A stretch of 64,000 nt of DNA from a virus. Its lineage: Duplodnaviria; Caudoviricetes. Within the stretch, counting starts at the first letter, position 1. The number at the start of each line of letters is the position of its first letter. Location of the stretch: IMG/VR virus record IMGVR_UViG_2894097338_000001, positions 32,001 to 96,000 of that record; one strand, 5' to 3'. The notes beneath the pieces were generated by a model. That model was not told the DNA's origin. It saw only the letters and a list, made by a program, of their open reading frames with translations, and searched no databases. This document shows, piece by piece, positions 9,579 to 19,140 of the stretch. A program made the position numbers and the translations under genes.

Positions 9579-9607
9579 AGAATAACATCATATATCGAAT
9601 AAATCAA
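9579..9607 (-). promoter_or_regulatory. Promoter of the WxL operon
   Basis: TTGATT-17-TATTCT with extended TG, upstream of a GGAGGTG RBS. Confidence 0.55.
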
Positions 9608-9924
9608 CACAATAATAAAATAAGTGGATAAAGTATAGTTGTGATAGAGCTTGAACCAGACTTCCTTATAGAGGTTACACGATTGAATGTGTTTTGCATC
9701 AGAAAGCCTCCCCTCTAAATATAGGCGGTTATGAATGAGCATATCTATATTAAATACCTCCGTTAGTTATATTATATCATAATATTAAGTAATAAAAAGA
9801 TAAGGCATCGTGTATAAGACCTTATCTAAAATATTAAATATTAATCAGCTTACTTATTATTAGAGCTATGAATAATATACCCTGTATAACAAAGAATGCC
9901 TTTAGGAGCGATTTATAATCTAGA

Positions 9925-10623
9925 TTAATCATTATATTTCTGTAGCTCTGCAACGAAAGCCTCCTCAGACTTTCCTCCATAATCTAATCCAAGTTCGTCA
10001 ACAACATAGCTGCTATAGAAGTTATCTTTATTTAATTTAGTCCAGGACGCTCTATTTCTATCTAAATCCTTCTGATTAAGTCTAGCCATGTGGTAGAAGT
10101 TGTCTCCTCCAGCGTATAGCTGCATATAATCTCTTTTCCCTCCAGTTGTAAGTTTAGCAAATCCCTGCTCTTTGGAAACAGAAACTCTATCTTTAACTAG
10201 ATCTCCATATTTAATAACGTGCAGAGAAGGCTCTAGTTCATCAGATCCTACAATCGTAAACTCTGCGTGGAATCCAGATCCGTCTAGAGAATCTGCTATA
10301 GTTGACTCTCCGTCTGGTTTAAATTCAATCCTTCTAGATTTAATAATTATATCATCTTCCAGTATAGAAGATATGTGGTAGATCTTTACCTCATCATCGC
10401 TTTTGCTAGCACCAATCCAGTACCCAGCCATATTATCTATGTCAATTTTTTCTGCATTGGCCTTCTCCTGGTTAATCTTATTCATTGTCTCTGTATACTT
10501 ACCATCAATGCTCTTTCTGGCTGCTTCGACCTTGTTGATTTTAATAGCAGAGAAGGCCACTACAGCTATTAATGACAAACTTAATACTATTAATGCAATG
10601 TCTTTAATTTTAATGTTTTTCAT
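9925..10623 (-). CDS. Membrane-anchored/secreted hypothetical protein (moron-like)
   Basis: ATG at 10623 with RBS, N-terminal TM segment and short coiled coil, own promoter. Confidence 0.7.
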   Translation of the reverse strand: MKNIKIKDIALIVLSLSLIAVVAFSAIKINKVEAARKSIDGKYTETMNKINQEKANAEKIDIDNMAGYWIGASKSDDEVKIYHISSILEDDIIIKSRRIEFKPDGESTIADSLDGSGFHAEFTIVGSDELEPSLHVIKYGDLVKDRVSVSKEQGFAKLTTGGKRDYMQLYAGGDNFYHMARLNQKDLDRNRASWTKLNKDNFYSSYVVDELGLDYGGKSEEAFVAELQKYND

Positions 10624-10657
10624 ACCATCCCTCTTTCCTGTTATATATCTTAATTCA

Positions 10658-10687
10658 ATTATATTAAAAACCATAAGTATTGTCAAC
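10658..10687 (-). promoter_or_regulatory. Perfect SigA promoter overlapped by an inverted copy of the 19-bp repeated element
   Basis: Minus strand TTGACA-17-TATAAT. Plus strand AACCATAAGTATTGTCAAC at 10669-10687. Confidence 0.85.
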
Positions 10688-10710
10688 AAACCTATATACT
10701 TTTAGGTAAA

Positions 10711-10735
10711 ATAAAAACTCCCTATAAAGGGAGTT
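10711..10735 (-). terminator. Terminator of the replication/metabolism operon
   Basis: aactccct-ataa-agggagtt hairpin, U-rich tail on the minus strand. Confidence 0.75.
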
Positions 10736-10740
10736 AATAA

Positions 10741-10989
10741 TTAAAAGCTAGCAGCTATTTTTCTAAGCTTATCTGGGCTAAAACCTTGGAATGCCTCAAA
10801 GCCAGGTGCATCAATTACAGGAACTCCTTTGAACCCCATAACCTCTTTAACCATTCTCAAAGCTTTCTCATCTTGATCAACGTAGATAAAATCAATTTTA
10901 TCCATGTCGAAATTCATTCCCTTTAAAACCATGATAGACATTTTGCATTGACGGCAGTTGTCTTTTGTGTAAAATTTAATCTTTTCCAA
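10741..10989 (-). CDS. nrdH: Glutaredoxin-like protein NrdH
   Basis: CRQC active site, GVPVI and FQGFSPDKL. Confidence 0.85.
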   Translation of the reverse strand: MEKIKFYTKDNCRQCKMSIMVLKGMNFDMDKIDFIYVDQDEKALRMVKEVMGFKGVPVIDAPGFEAFQGFSPDKLRKIAASF

Positions 10990-11022
10990 TTAATAAAAAC
11001 CTCTTTTCATTATTTTATTGTT

Positions 11023-11982
11023 TTAAAATCCTAGTGGCCATTGTTGACCTTTTCCGCCTGCAGCTCTTGCGTGTCCTCCACCATTAAAGTTTTGAGCAAT
11101 TACGCTACAGTCAACATCTTCTTTAACACTTCTAAATGATAGCTTTACACCATTTCTAATTACGGCAAAGTCAATCAGCTCTCCAGTTGATGGATGTGTT
11201 AAATATAAACACATATGATTTCCTAGTTCACTGTGATATTGCTCTCCGTCAACAATTGCGAAGTGCATAGGTTTTCCTACAGTGAACATCGTATCAAAAT
11301 GAGCAATTTTCATTTTACTGTCGATGTATCGATCTTTTTTCTCCTGGTCGAGAACGAGTAAAAGCTTCTCAGATTCAGTAAAATTAAGATCCATATTGTT
11401 TGATAGGCGTTCAATGAATCTATCACGGCCAATCATCCAGAATAAATCATTCCATTGACCTGCGTGACCTTTAAACATATCATGTTCATTGTTTCGCCAA
11501 TCCCAAGTATCATATGATCTTACCATTTCTGATAGCATGAAGACTGAATAGTCTAACAGTCCTGCTTTAGAGAAATCCTTATAAACAAGTGATGTGCCAG
11601 ACATCTTTGAACCCTCATACTCCACCTTAATAATAAATCGAGGATCAACGTCAGTTAAAAACTCTGCAGTTTTATGGTGATCGTAACATTTAAAGTCAAT
11701 GTTATAAGCGTCTACCATTTTTACGATTTTTAAAGCAAGAGATCTGCTAGTTGGAGCAAGATCCATGATGTACATTCCATAAAATTCATGGTTTTCTGTA
11801 AGACTATCTAGAAATTCATAAATTTTGTCATCAATATTTCCATATTTACCAGTGTCGCAATACTCAATCTCATAATCGAACTCTCGACAATGCTTCTCAT
11901 TCATTAATCGTTTAAACACTTCTGGAGAAGCAACCCCATCTAAATCGACGTGCGTGAAAATCTTAATTTTATTTTTGTCCAT
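11023..11982 (-). CDS. DHH family phosphoesterase (NrnB-like oligoribonuclease)
   Basis: THVDLDG, YDHH and GGGHARAAG motifs. Confidence 0.88.
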   Translation of the reverse strand: MDKNKIKIFTHVDLDGVASPEVFKRLMNEKHCREFDYEIEYCDTGKYGNIDDKIYEFLDSLTENHEFYGMYIMDLAPTSRSLALKIVKMVDAYNIDFKCYDHHKTAEFLTDVDPRFIIKVEYEGSKMSGTSLVYKDFSKAGLLDYSVFMLSEMVRSYDTWDWRNNEHDMFKGHAGQWNDLFWMIGRDRFIERLSNNMDLNFTESEKLLLVLDQEKKDRYIDSKMKIAHFDTMFTVGKPMHFAIVDGEQYHSELGNHMCLYLTHPSTGELIDFAVIRNGVKLSFRSVKEDVDCSVIAQNFNGGGHARAAGGKGQQWPLGF

Positions 11983-12004
11983 TTTTTACCATCCCTTTAA
12001 ATTA

Positions 12005-12651
12005 TTATAAATTTCCAATTTCTTTTAATTTATCTTTGATTTGATTCATTACGTCTTCTGCAGCTTTAGGATCTTCTACAAAATCAAATTTATCTCCATC
12101 GATTTGAATCTTAGGACATACGTCAAAATCCTCAAACCATTTCTCATAACGATGATTTAATTCTTTGTAATAGTCGTATAATGAAGGATCATTTTGATTT
12201 GCTCAAAGTCGCGGCCACGTTTTTCAATTCGTTTTAACATTGTGTCAAACGATACTTTGATATGCACCAGCAAGTCTGGTTTTTTCTTGTATTTAAGGCC
12301 GTCAATTTCTTCAAGCATATTTGCCAAAAGATCATCATAAACCTTAACTTCGATATCATTAGCTCGTCCGAGATCGGCATTTAGATGAAATAGAAGACTG
12401 TCCTCGTAAATTGATCTATCTAATACATTGTTGTCGTGTGCCAAAGCTGTTTTAATGCTATCAAACCTCTTGTTTAAGAAGTAAATTTGTAATAGAAAAG
12501 CATATTTTTGTGGATCATCATAGAATAAAGGTAGTACCTCATTATCATCTACGCTTTCATAAAACACCTTTGTACCTAACTCCTCCGACATAATTCCTGC
12601 TAATGTACTCTTTCCAGCACCTATGCTACCCGCTAATACTAACACTGACAT
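12005..12651 (-). pseudogene. Deoxynucleoside kinase, frameshifted near 12195 (pseudogene or sequencing error)
   Basis: GSIGAGKST and DRSIYED motifs. The expected C-terminus (NDPSLYDYYKELNHRYEKWF...GNL*) continues in another frame to a stop at 12005. Confidence 0.85.
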
Positions 12652-12692
12652 TCCATCCTCTCATTTCTCCATTTTTCTATAGTTGTAAATAC

Positions 12693-13025
12693 TTATGGTC
12701 TGTTTTTGTTTGGTTCCACCTGTAAGACAAGATCAATATAGTTTTTAATCTTGCGATAGTCACTTGTTGGATCAACTTCATCTTCAAATGTAAAATCTAA
12801 ACCAGTTTCTCCGCTTCTGATTGAATAATTTGATGTGTTAAACTCTTTTTCGGCAAAGATTGAAAAATGCTCGATTCCTTGATTATCTCCTGGTGCGACG
12901 TAAACCGCTCCGTTATCTGATACAAAAGCAACCATAGGAATTTCTTTCTGTTTTTTAACTTCACCTGGACACTTGTCTTTAAACCAATCCCATGACAGGA
13001 TTCCATAAACTTTTGTTGTCTTCAT
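12693..13025 (-). CDS. Hypothetical protein
   Basis: Likely start MKTTKVY. Its stop codon lies inside a 19-bp repeat copy. Confidence 0.6.
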   Translation of the reverse strand: MKTTKVYGILSWDWFKDKCPGEVKKQKEIPMVAFVSDNGAVYVAPGDNQGIEHFSIFAEKEFNTSNYSIRSGETGLDFTFEDEVDPTSDYRKIKNYIDLVLQVEPNKNRP

Positions 13026-13029
13026 ACTT

Positions 13030-13617
13030 TTACTTACCCTTCTTTTTAGTGTATTTTTCACACGTTTTGCTTCCAATGTTAAAGTCGATATTAGCCCTTC
13101 CATCTGTCGCATCCTTTAACACCTTGCATTTCCCTTCTCTAAAGAACCTGCAGGATGAACAATTTGAATTAATAAACTCTTCTCGTTGTTTTTTACTGTC
13201 GAAGAGGCCAACGTATTGAACCCTTCTCAAGACAAAATCGAACCCTGGATTGTCTTTATCGATCCATGCTCGATGTGTCCTTGCGTGAATATTAGAGTCG
13301 TCTTCGTATAAGTATCCGCTGAGAGCGTCCATTAATACTTTGTAATAGTTATTCGTATCTTCTCCAGCGCGCTCCAGTCTAAACCTAAGCTCTAAATACC
13401 AGTGTTGAGTCTTATCAGAAGTTAGATTAATATCCCACCCTTGAGATTTTATCTCCTTCTTAAGCTTATTGCGAAGATACTTTTTAAAGTCTTTAGACTC
13501 TTGTGACTCATACTGTTTAGGATAGCTATGACCACCTTTGGTTTCAACCTTATACTTGAGATAGTTGTTTATTGAAATAGGAAGAGCATCAAGCGACATC
13601 TTAAATTTCTCAGTCAA
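13030..13617 (-). CDS. RusA-like Holliday junction resolvase with C-terminal Cys motif
   Basis: PISINNY and DTNNYYKVLMDAL...EDDSNI motifs. Confidence 0.75.
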   Translation of the reverse strand: MTEKFKMSLDALPISINNYLKYKVETKGGHSYPKQYESQESKDFKKYLRNKLKKEIKSQGWDINLTSDKTQHWYLELRFRLERAGEDTNNYYKVLMDALSGYLYEDDSNIHARTHRAWIDKDNPGFDFVLRRVQYVGLFDSKKQREEFINSNCSSCRFFREGKCKVLKDATDGRANIDFNIGSKTCEKYTKKKGK

Positions 13618-13636
13618 TTAATAGTTCCTCTACATA

Positions 13637-14167
13637 CTAAAAGCATACTTTTAAATATTCCGCTCTTTCCATTCTTGTTAAGTCTTTAAAAAATGCAAAT
13701 GCCTTATCCTTATCGTCAATTTTAATAGAGCTGAAAAGGTCATCGCCATTTGCTTTTCTTCTAACCACGTACGTATCATCTTCTTGAAGTAATTCGATGA
13801 TCAGACCATCTTTAAATCCGATTGCAACCTTGTCTAATACAGTCTCTTTATTTTTATCAAACTCTTTGTTAAAAGATGATATAATCTGAGCGAATAGCAT
13901 CATCGTTTTAGGATTGCTGTCAAATTCAATATCGTTACCGTTAACATCCCTAAAACATAATGGTGGTAGATCTAATAAAATCTGATCTCTATTTAATTTT
14001 CTATCTCTAACTCTTTTTAGGTCTTCTACATTAGCTGAGTATAGAGTTGTTCTCATACATTTTTGAACGTCGTATCTTATATAATCACCATCAACAACTT
14101 TTCCAGTTTGATCTACGATTAAAAAATCTAACTTAACTCCATAGATTGGTTCTAAGATTTTCTCCAT
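13637..14167 (-). CDS. Hypothetical protein
   Basis: ORF with an AGGAG RBS before MEKILEP. Confidence 0.6.
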   Translation of the reverse strand: MEKILEPIYGVKLDFLIVDQTGKVVDGDYIRYDVQKCMRTTLYSANVEDLKRVRDRKLNRDQILLDLPPLCFRDVNGNDIEFDSNPKTMMLFAQIISSFNKEFDKNKETVLDKVAIGFKDGLIIELLQEDDTYVVRRKANGDDLFSSIKIDDKDKAFAFFKDLTRMERAEYLKVCF

Positions 14168-14181
14168 TATATTTCTCCTTT

Positions 14182-14349
14182 TTATAAGCAAAGATCATCT
14201 TTGATTTTTTTATCCATTTCTCTCAAGTCTGAAATTAACGACTTGTAAAGCATTTTAGCAGAATCTTCGTCCATAAAATCAACTGACTCCAGTGGATGCT
14301 CCATTAATAAATCTTTCATTTCTTCGTTTACTCTTTCTAATTCTCTCAT
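14182..14349 (-). CDS. Small hypothetical protein (55 aa, not in the ORF track)
   Basis: MRELERVNEEMKDLLMEH...DDLCL with an AAGGAG RBS. Confidence 0.55.
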   Translation of the reverse strand: MRELERVNEEMKDLLMEHPLESVDFMDEDSAKMLYKSLISDLREMDKKIKDDLCL

Positions 14350-14579
14350 CTTTTTCTCTCCTTTTATATTTATAAAATCTCCGTTTTATCATCCTACTTA
14401 TAAGGAAGTGCTAGCAATTTTGATCGGCTACCAACTTCCTCAACAGCAGAATTAAAATGTTTCAAATTGATATTATTTTTAACTCGAATACATCCGTTGA
14501 TGTACTCTAAAATTTTGAATGTTGCCATATTTTTAAAATCCATTCGTGCGTCCTTTCTTTATATCCTCTGTTCATTAAT

Positions 14580-14619
14580 AGAATACCATCCGCCTTATTA
14601 GTTGTCAATACTTATGGTT
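14580..14619 (-). promoter_or_regulatory. SigA promoter whose -35 is part of the 19-bp repeated element
   Basis: AACCATAAGTA-TTGACA-17-TATTCT with extended TG. Confidence 0.75.
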
Positions 14620-14623
14620 AATA

Positions 14624-17600
14624 TTAATCAGATAGTTTTTTAAACTTTGAATTACTTGAGTTGCTTAGATCGAAGTCCTTAAGTCTCGTGAACAAGTCAC
14701 TAAAATTAGTTCTCTTCTCTTTGACAAAAGTCTGTTTGACAGCTTTCTTGAAACTTCTTGGTGAAGTTATTAGAATCAGATACTCACTAGCCCGCGTCAT
14801 TCCAGTATATAGTAATTCTCTTGTATTTAATAGATAATGAAATGGCAGCGCGAATATAACGTATTTGATTGTAGAACCTTGAGATTTATGAACTGTAATA
14901 GCATAGCCAAGCTCAATATGTTCAAAGTGCGACTCCAGGACGTTAACAATTCCAATACCTTCAAAATCAATGACTAAGATGTCTTGTTTATCTGTATGAA
15001 TAATTTGCTTAACGGTACCAGTATTTCCATTAAATATTGGACATGGGTTTCCATGAACATCATACATCTTCTTATTGTTTCTCATGTTGATTACTTTCTC
15101 TCCAACATGAACAAAATAGCAACTATCCTCGTCTGCTCCGTCTCTATTTAATTTAATATCTGAGTCAGATTTAGGTTTCTTGTAACCTTTCCTCTTGATG
15201 GTGATATACTCTCCATCCAGGACACCTTTGTTAATCAAAACTCTTTGAGCGAACTTATTGAGATCCCACGTAGATGTTTTACCAGTTGCTTTTGTAGAAC
15301 ACAGGATTTGAACATCGTTAATGTCGTGCTCTTCAATTAGCTTTCTAAAATTAAGCATCACATGTCTAGAAATTTGATCTTCGTCTTTAGGATCAACAAA
15401 AATATACTCTAGATCCTGGTTTTCTCCATAGACTTTAGAACCAATATCAAACTTTAACTCCGTAGGTTTAACTCCATTACGGATTGCAATAGAATGAGTA
15501 ATAATTGCAGACTTCTGAGCCTGTCTATGAATCTGAGTTAATAATTGACTAGGCATTTTACCAGTCTTAATTAATCCAGCCATAATCCCAACTCCAATAC
15601 TTTCAAGCTGCCCCATATCTCCTAACATAATAAGTTTTGCCCCATCTGGTGTAGCTTTTAATACGTCTAAAAACATGAAGATATCAACCATCGACATTTC
15701 ATCAATTACTACAACATCTACAAGCATTTTGTTGTCTTTGTTGTATACGAACCCGCCAGTAATTGGATCTACTACCAGCATAGAATGCAGTGTTGTAGCT
15801 TCTTTTCCAGTAATTAAAAACATATTGTTTGCAGCCTTACCAGATAATGCCCCTTGCTTATACGTCATTCCAGCCTCATTTACTATAGATATGAAGCCAT
15901 TTAGTGTGGATGTGTTATGTGTAACTATATAGTCATTTGTTAGATATAGATGCTCATCATTGTCTACCATGATACACATCATTTCAACCTCTTCTTCCAT
16001 TTCCTCTATATCAACAATGCTTACGCGATCATATCTTTTTCGCTTGACAAAATTTAATGCCTCGATCGCCGTTCTTTTTTTATGCGTATTTCTAAAAAGA
16101 AGCTCCTTCTTATCGTTACTTGTTAGTATATTCAGATTATATTCTATATTCTTCTTATTAGCGCGGTTGGTTTCAGAAACGTTGGACTGTATTCCGAGAG
16201 ACAGCAATACCTCTTGAACATCATATGCAAGCTGCCTGCTATTAGTCGAATACCTTACATTATATCTACCCTCTGCCTTCGAGATACTCCCGTCTGTATC
16301 AAACAAACCTTGTATCAAGGCATATCTTTGATCAATACTACCCATTTTATACTCGATGGGTATTGATTTGTGAATTGAAGTTCTTAATATTTCTGGATAT
16401 TTGGAAAACAACTCTTCTGTCTGGTATCTGTATATCGTATTAATCTGCATATGCCCAAATGAATCCTCTCTTAGTACGGATTTGGGCTTATCAAAATAGA
16501 AATGCCAATTATAATTTTTTGTACTATTTCTTCTATAGTCATTACATCCTATGAGTTTTGAAACCTCTGCCACTACGTCTTCGTCATTACTAGACAGAGT
16601 TAATGCTTTACTTGTACAACTACCGTCACCCAAAAATGCTCCAAGGACATATGGATCAACGCTAAGGTCGCGCTCCCTAAATTCTACAGCTTTATTAGTA
16701 GGAATTTTAAATTTACAATTTCGTTCGCCATTTGAGTAGTTATACAGTCCAGAATCAATGATTTCTCTAAGTGTTCTAGTCTTAAGATTTCCTTTGGATG
16801 TATATGTACTCCATAAATGCTCATCATTAGAAGTTGTCGTTCTTCCGTCTGATAGAGTAATTTTATAATTCTTCTTAAGACCTTGAGGGAATATCTGAGT
16901 TACCATTGTTGGCCTTCCATGTCTATCAAAAATATAGTCGCCAGGCTTCAAGTCTCCAAACCTCCTCATACCTCCAGGAGTCGGAATGATAATGTCCACA
17001 TCCTGCGCCTTCCCTGTCCCGCCATACCCTTGAAGCAAGAATACGTTTTTAGCTATCATCATCTTAATTGATTTTTGCTGCTCTTCACTAAATTTCCAAC
17101 CTTGAGCCTTTTGTACATGTTTAATGACCTTTGCACTGTCTATCAGCCTTTTCAGATTCTTGTTTTCTGAATTTAATAATCTGTTTATTTCATCACACAC
17201 AGCTAATTCAGTTGCCAAAGCCTTAGATGATGTAATTCTAAGCTCTTTGTCCAGTCTATAAACAACATAATTAACGTTTGTTTTTACATGTTCAACAGCC
17301 CACTTAACATCTGCATTGAAAATATTCTCCTTCACCTTGCCAACAAAGTCTTTTGCCGTGATCCACGTATGACCTTCACTATGAAGCTCTTCAAATAGAT
17401 ATTTTATATAAGCCTTGATACGTCTTTTGTCGTTAGGCTTGTTTTCTGGATTATTCAAGAATACAGCGTCAGCTCTCTTAAATCCGTATCCTGGGATTTG
17501 TGTTAATACAAAAGGATCGGCCTCTACCATCATGATAGCTTGCTCGATTCCTCCAAGAGACTTACAAATCTTTTTAACTTGATCCATGCTCAGCTTATAT

Positions 17601-18088
17601 TTTGCAAAAGAAATATATGCTGATGAAAAGTCTTTTTGATTCTCGTAGGATTCAATAAGCTTTTCTGCCGTAGCTAGTCCGATACCCTCAGCCTCCATTA
17701 ACTTCTCAATATCAGCCTCTTCCAACATCTTTATAGGATTGTCGGATACTTCATACAATGCTTTAATCTTAGCTTTCGATAAGATCATGCCAAGAAACTC
17801 TTCTTGTTCTTTTGAACTAGCCGTCATCAAGTCCTTAAATTGACTAAAGGCAATAGGATTAAATGAATCTGGATAGTTTTTATCTCCAGCATTTATCCCC
17901 TTGATATTAAACTCTTTGCCGAGTTCTACTAGGTAGTTACCTTTAACAGAAAATGTTCTAGGTGCCTCGCCTTTTACTCGTTCAAATTTGGCAATCACAA
18001 AGCTTTCCTTACTATAGAGGATCGCTACACATTTTGCAGTGCAGTCGATCTCCTCATATGTTTTGTTTCTATCTACTAATTCATTCAA
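14624..18088 (-). CDS. RecD2-like SF1 helicase containing an intein
   Basis: HhH motifs (GIGLATA, GYGFKRAD), Walker A GYGGTGK/TS split by the intein, IDEMSMVD, GDMGQL, YAITVHKSQGS and LYTGMTRA. Confidence 0.92.
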   Translation of the reverse strand: MNELVDRNKTYEEIDCTAKCVAILYSKESFVIAKFERVKGEAPRTFSVKGNYLVELGKEFNIKGINAGDKNYPDSFNPIAFSQFKDLMTASSKEQEEFLGMILSKAKIKALYEVSDNPIKMLEEADIEKLMEAEGIGLATAEKLIESYENQKDFSSAYISFAKYKLSMDQVKKICKSLGGIEQAIMMVEADPFVLTQIPGYGFKRADAVFLNNPENKPNDKRRIKAYIKYLFEELHSEGHTWITAKDFVGKVKENIFNADVKWAVEHVKTNVNYVVYRLDKELRITSSKALATELAVCDEINRLLNSENKNLKRLIDSAKVIKHVQKAQGWKFSEEQQKSIKMMIAKNVFLLQGYGGTGKAQDVDIIIPTPGGMRRFGDLKPGDYIFDRHGRPTMVTQIFPQGLKKNYKITLSDGRTTTSNDEHLWSTYTSKGNLKTRTLREIIDSGLYNYSNGERNCKFKIPTNKAVEFRERDLSVDPYVLGAFLGDGSCTSKALTLSSNDEDVVAEVSKLIGCNDYRRNSTKNYNWHFYFDKPKSVLREDSFGHMQINTIYRYQTEELFSKYPEILRTSIHKSIPIEYKMGSIDQRYALIQGLFDTDGSISKAEGRYNVRYSTNSRQLAYDVQEVLLSLGIQSNVSETNRANKKNIEYNLNILTSNDKKELLFRNTHKKRTAIEALNFVKRKRYDRVSIVDIEEMEEEVEMMCIMVDNDEHLYLTNDYIVTHNTSTLNGFISIVNEAGMTYKQGALSGKAANNMFLITGKEATTLHSMLVVDPITGGFVYNKDNKMLVDVVVIDEMSMVDIFMFLDVLKATPDGAKLIMLGDMGQLESIGVGIMAGLIKTGKMPSQLLTQIHRQAQKSAIITHSIAIRNGVKPTELKFDIGSKVYGENQDLEYIFVDPKDEDQISRHVMLNFRKLIEEHDINDVQILCSTKATGKTSTWDLNKFAQRVLINKGVLDGEYITIKRKGYKKPKSDSDIKLNRDGADEDSCYFVHVGEKVINMRNNKKMYDVHGNPCPIFNGNTGTVKQIIHTDKQDILVIDFEGIGIVNVLESHFEHIELGYAITVHKSQGSTIKYVIFALPFHYLLNTRELLYTGMTRASEYLILITSPRSFKKAVKQTFVKEKRTNFSDLFTRLKDFDLSNSSNSKFKKLSD
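15914..17008 (-). mobile_element. Class 3 intein (365 aa) with LAGLIDADG endonuclease, in the RecD2 P-loop
   Basis: Starts at Ala (GK|AQDVD) and ends YIVTHN|T. WCT signature present: HLW, MMCIMV, THN. Endonuclease motifs LGAFLGDGS and IQGLFDTDGS. Confidence 0.9.
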
Positions 18089-18109
18089 TCGTTCATACCT
18101 CCCCAGGTG

Positions 18110-18644
18110 CTACATATTAATCATTGCATTTTTTAAAGTTGACTCAGACATGTTATATACTTCCATGTCAAGTCCGCTAATAATAGCAACACTATCTTCG
18201 CCTTCTACAAGGCCGCAAATGATACTTTCTGGAGTAACCCCCAATGTGTCTAAGTTTAAAAGCGTAAATTCTCCATTGTTTTTTGCATAGACAAAATCTA
18301 CACCAGACTTAACAATGAAATCAGATACGTCAAAACCATTATTTAACTTTACTTTTGCTGCTTCTTTTTCTGTCTTCGCTAATAAGTTTTCTTTGTTCAC
18401 GTAGTTTCTCTTCCCTCTGTAAATATGGCTTAACAGTGTGCGCTGAATCTCTAACTTTTCTTGCCTCGTCAATAGAAAGATCATGCTCCATAGTTATATG
18501 GGCAATGGTTAAAACATTCCCAGTGTGTTCACATAACGGGCATTTAACCTTAATCTCATTGATATTGAAGTTTTTGATTGACACATCTAATTCACCATTT
18601 ATGTCATAATTTGATATATTGCTTGTTATAGCTGATTCGATCAT
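18110..18644 (-). CDS. Two overlapping hypothetical ORFs (18339-18644 with a CxxC...HxxxxH zinc-finger-like motif; 18110-18484)
   Basis: ORF track; CPLC...HITMEH. The true start of the downstream gene is uncertain. Confidence 0.45.
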
Positions 18645-18684
18645 TATTGTATATCCTCCAGATACCTCCTCTTGTTGTAAAAAC

Positions 18685-19119
18685 TTATGGCGTAATTGAT
18701 TTAATAAAAATGGCCACGAACATCATTTTGGTAATGCTAACCATCACGGCTGGCAACGAATACTCTGATTCAATTAATTTCAGAGATAGTTTAAGCGGAC
18801 TTTTCTCTTTAGAAGATTGCATTGCTCTTCTATATTGAACAAATGATGCAATCACTGTAAATACAACAAATGCGACCACTGGCATTGTAAAACCAACTGT
18901 AGCTGATAAAAGCAATAGGTAAGCCAAGTCAAATACTAGCGAGATAGCAACTGCCGCCATCATAAGATTGCTGTGGTTTTTATACCCACTTTTTGAAACG
19001 CTTTTCGTTAAATCTTCTACCAGTTCAAGCTTTTTCTTATCTCCAAGAATAAACCTTGCTACTTTTCTAATTCCAAAATAATAAACCGCCATACTTGCGA
19101 TTAAAAATAATACTTTCAT
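18685..19119 (-). CDS. Multi-pass membrane hypothetical protein
   Basis: Several hydrophobic segments and an RBS. Confidence 0.6.
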   Translation of the reverse strand: MKVLFLIASMAVYYFGIRKVARFILGDKKKLELVEDLTKSVSKSGYKNHSNLMMAAVAISLVFDLAYLLLLSATVGFTMPVVAFVVFTVIASFVQYRRAMQSSKEKSPLKLSLKLIESEYSLPAVMVSITKMMFVAIFIKSITP

Positions 19120-19140
19120 TTCAAATCTCCATTTCTATTT

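Noticed and set aside
9760-9925. Partner dif site closing the Fic/WxL island (pdif-like module)
   Set aside because: No TTATGTAAA-like arm was found on either strand at this boundary.
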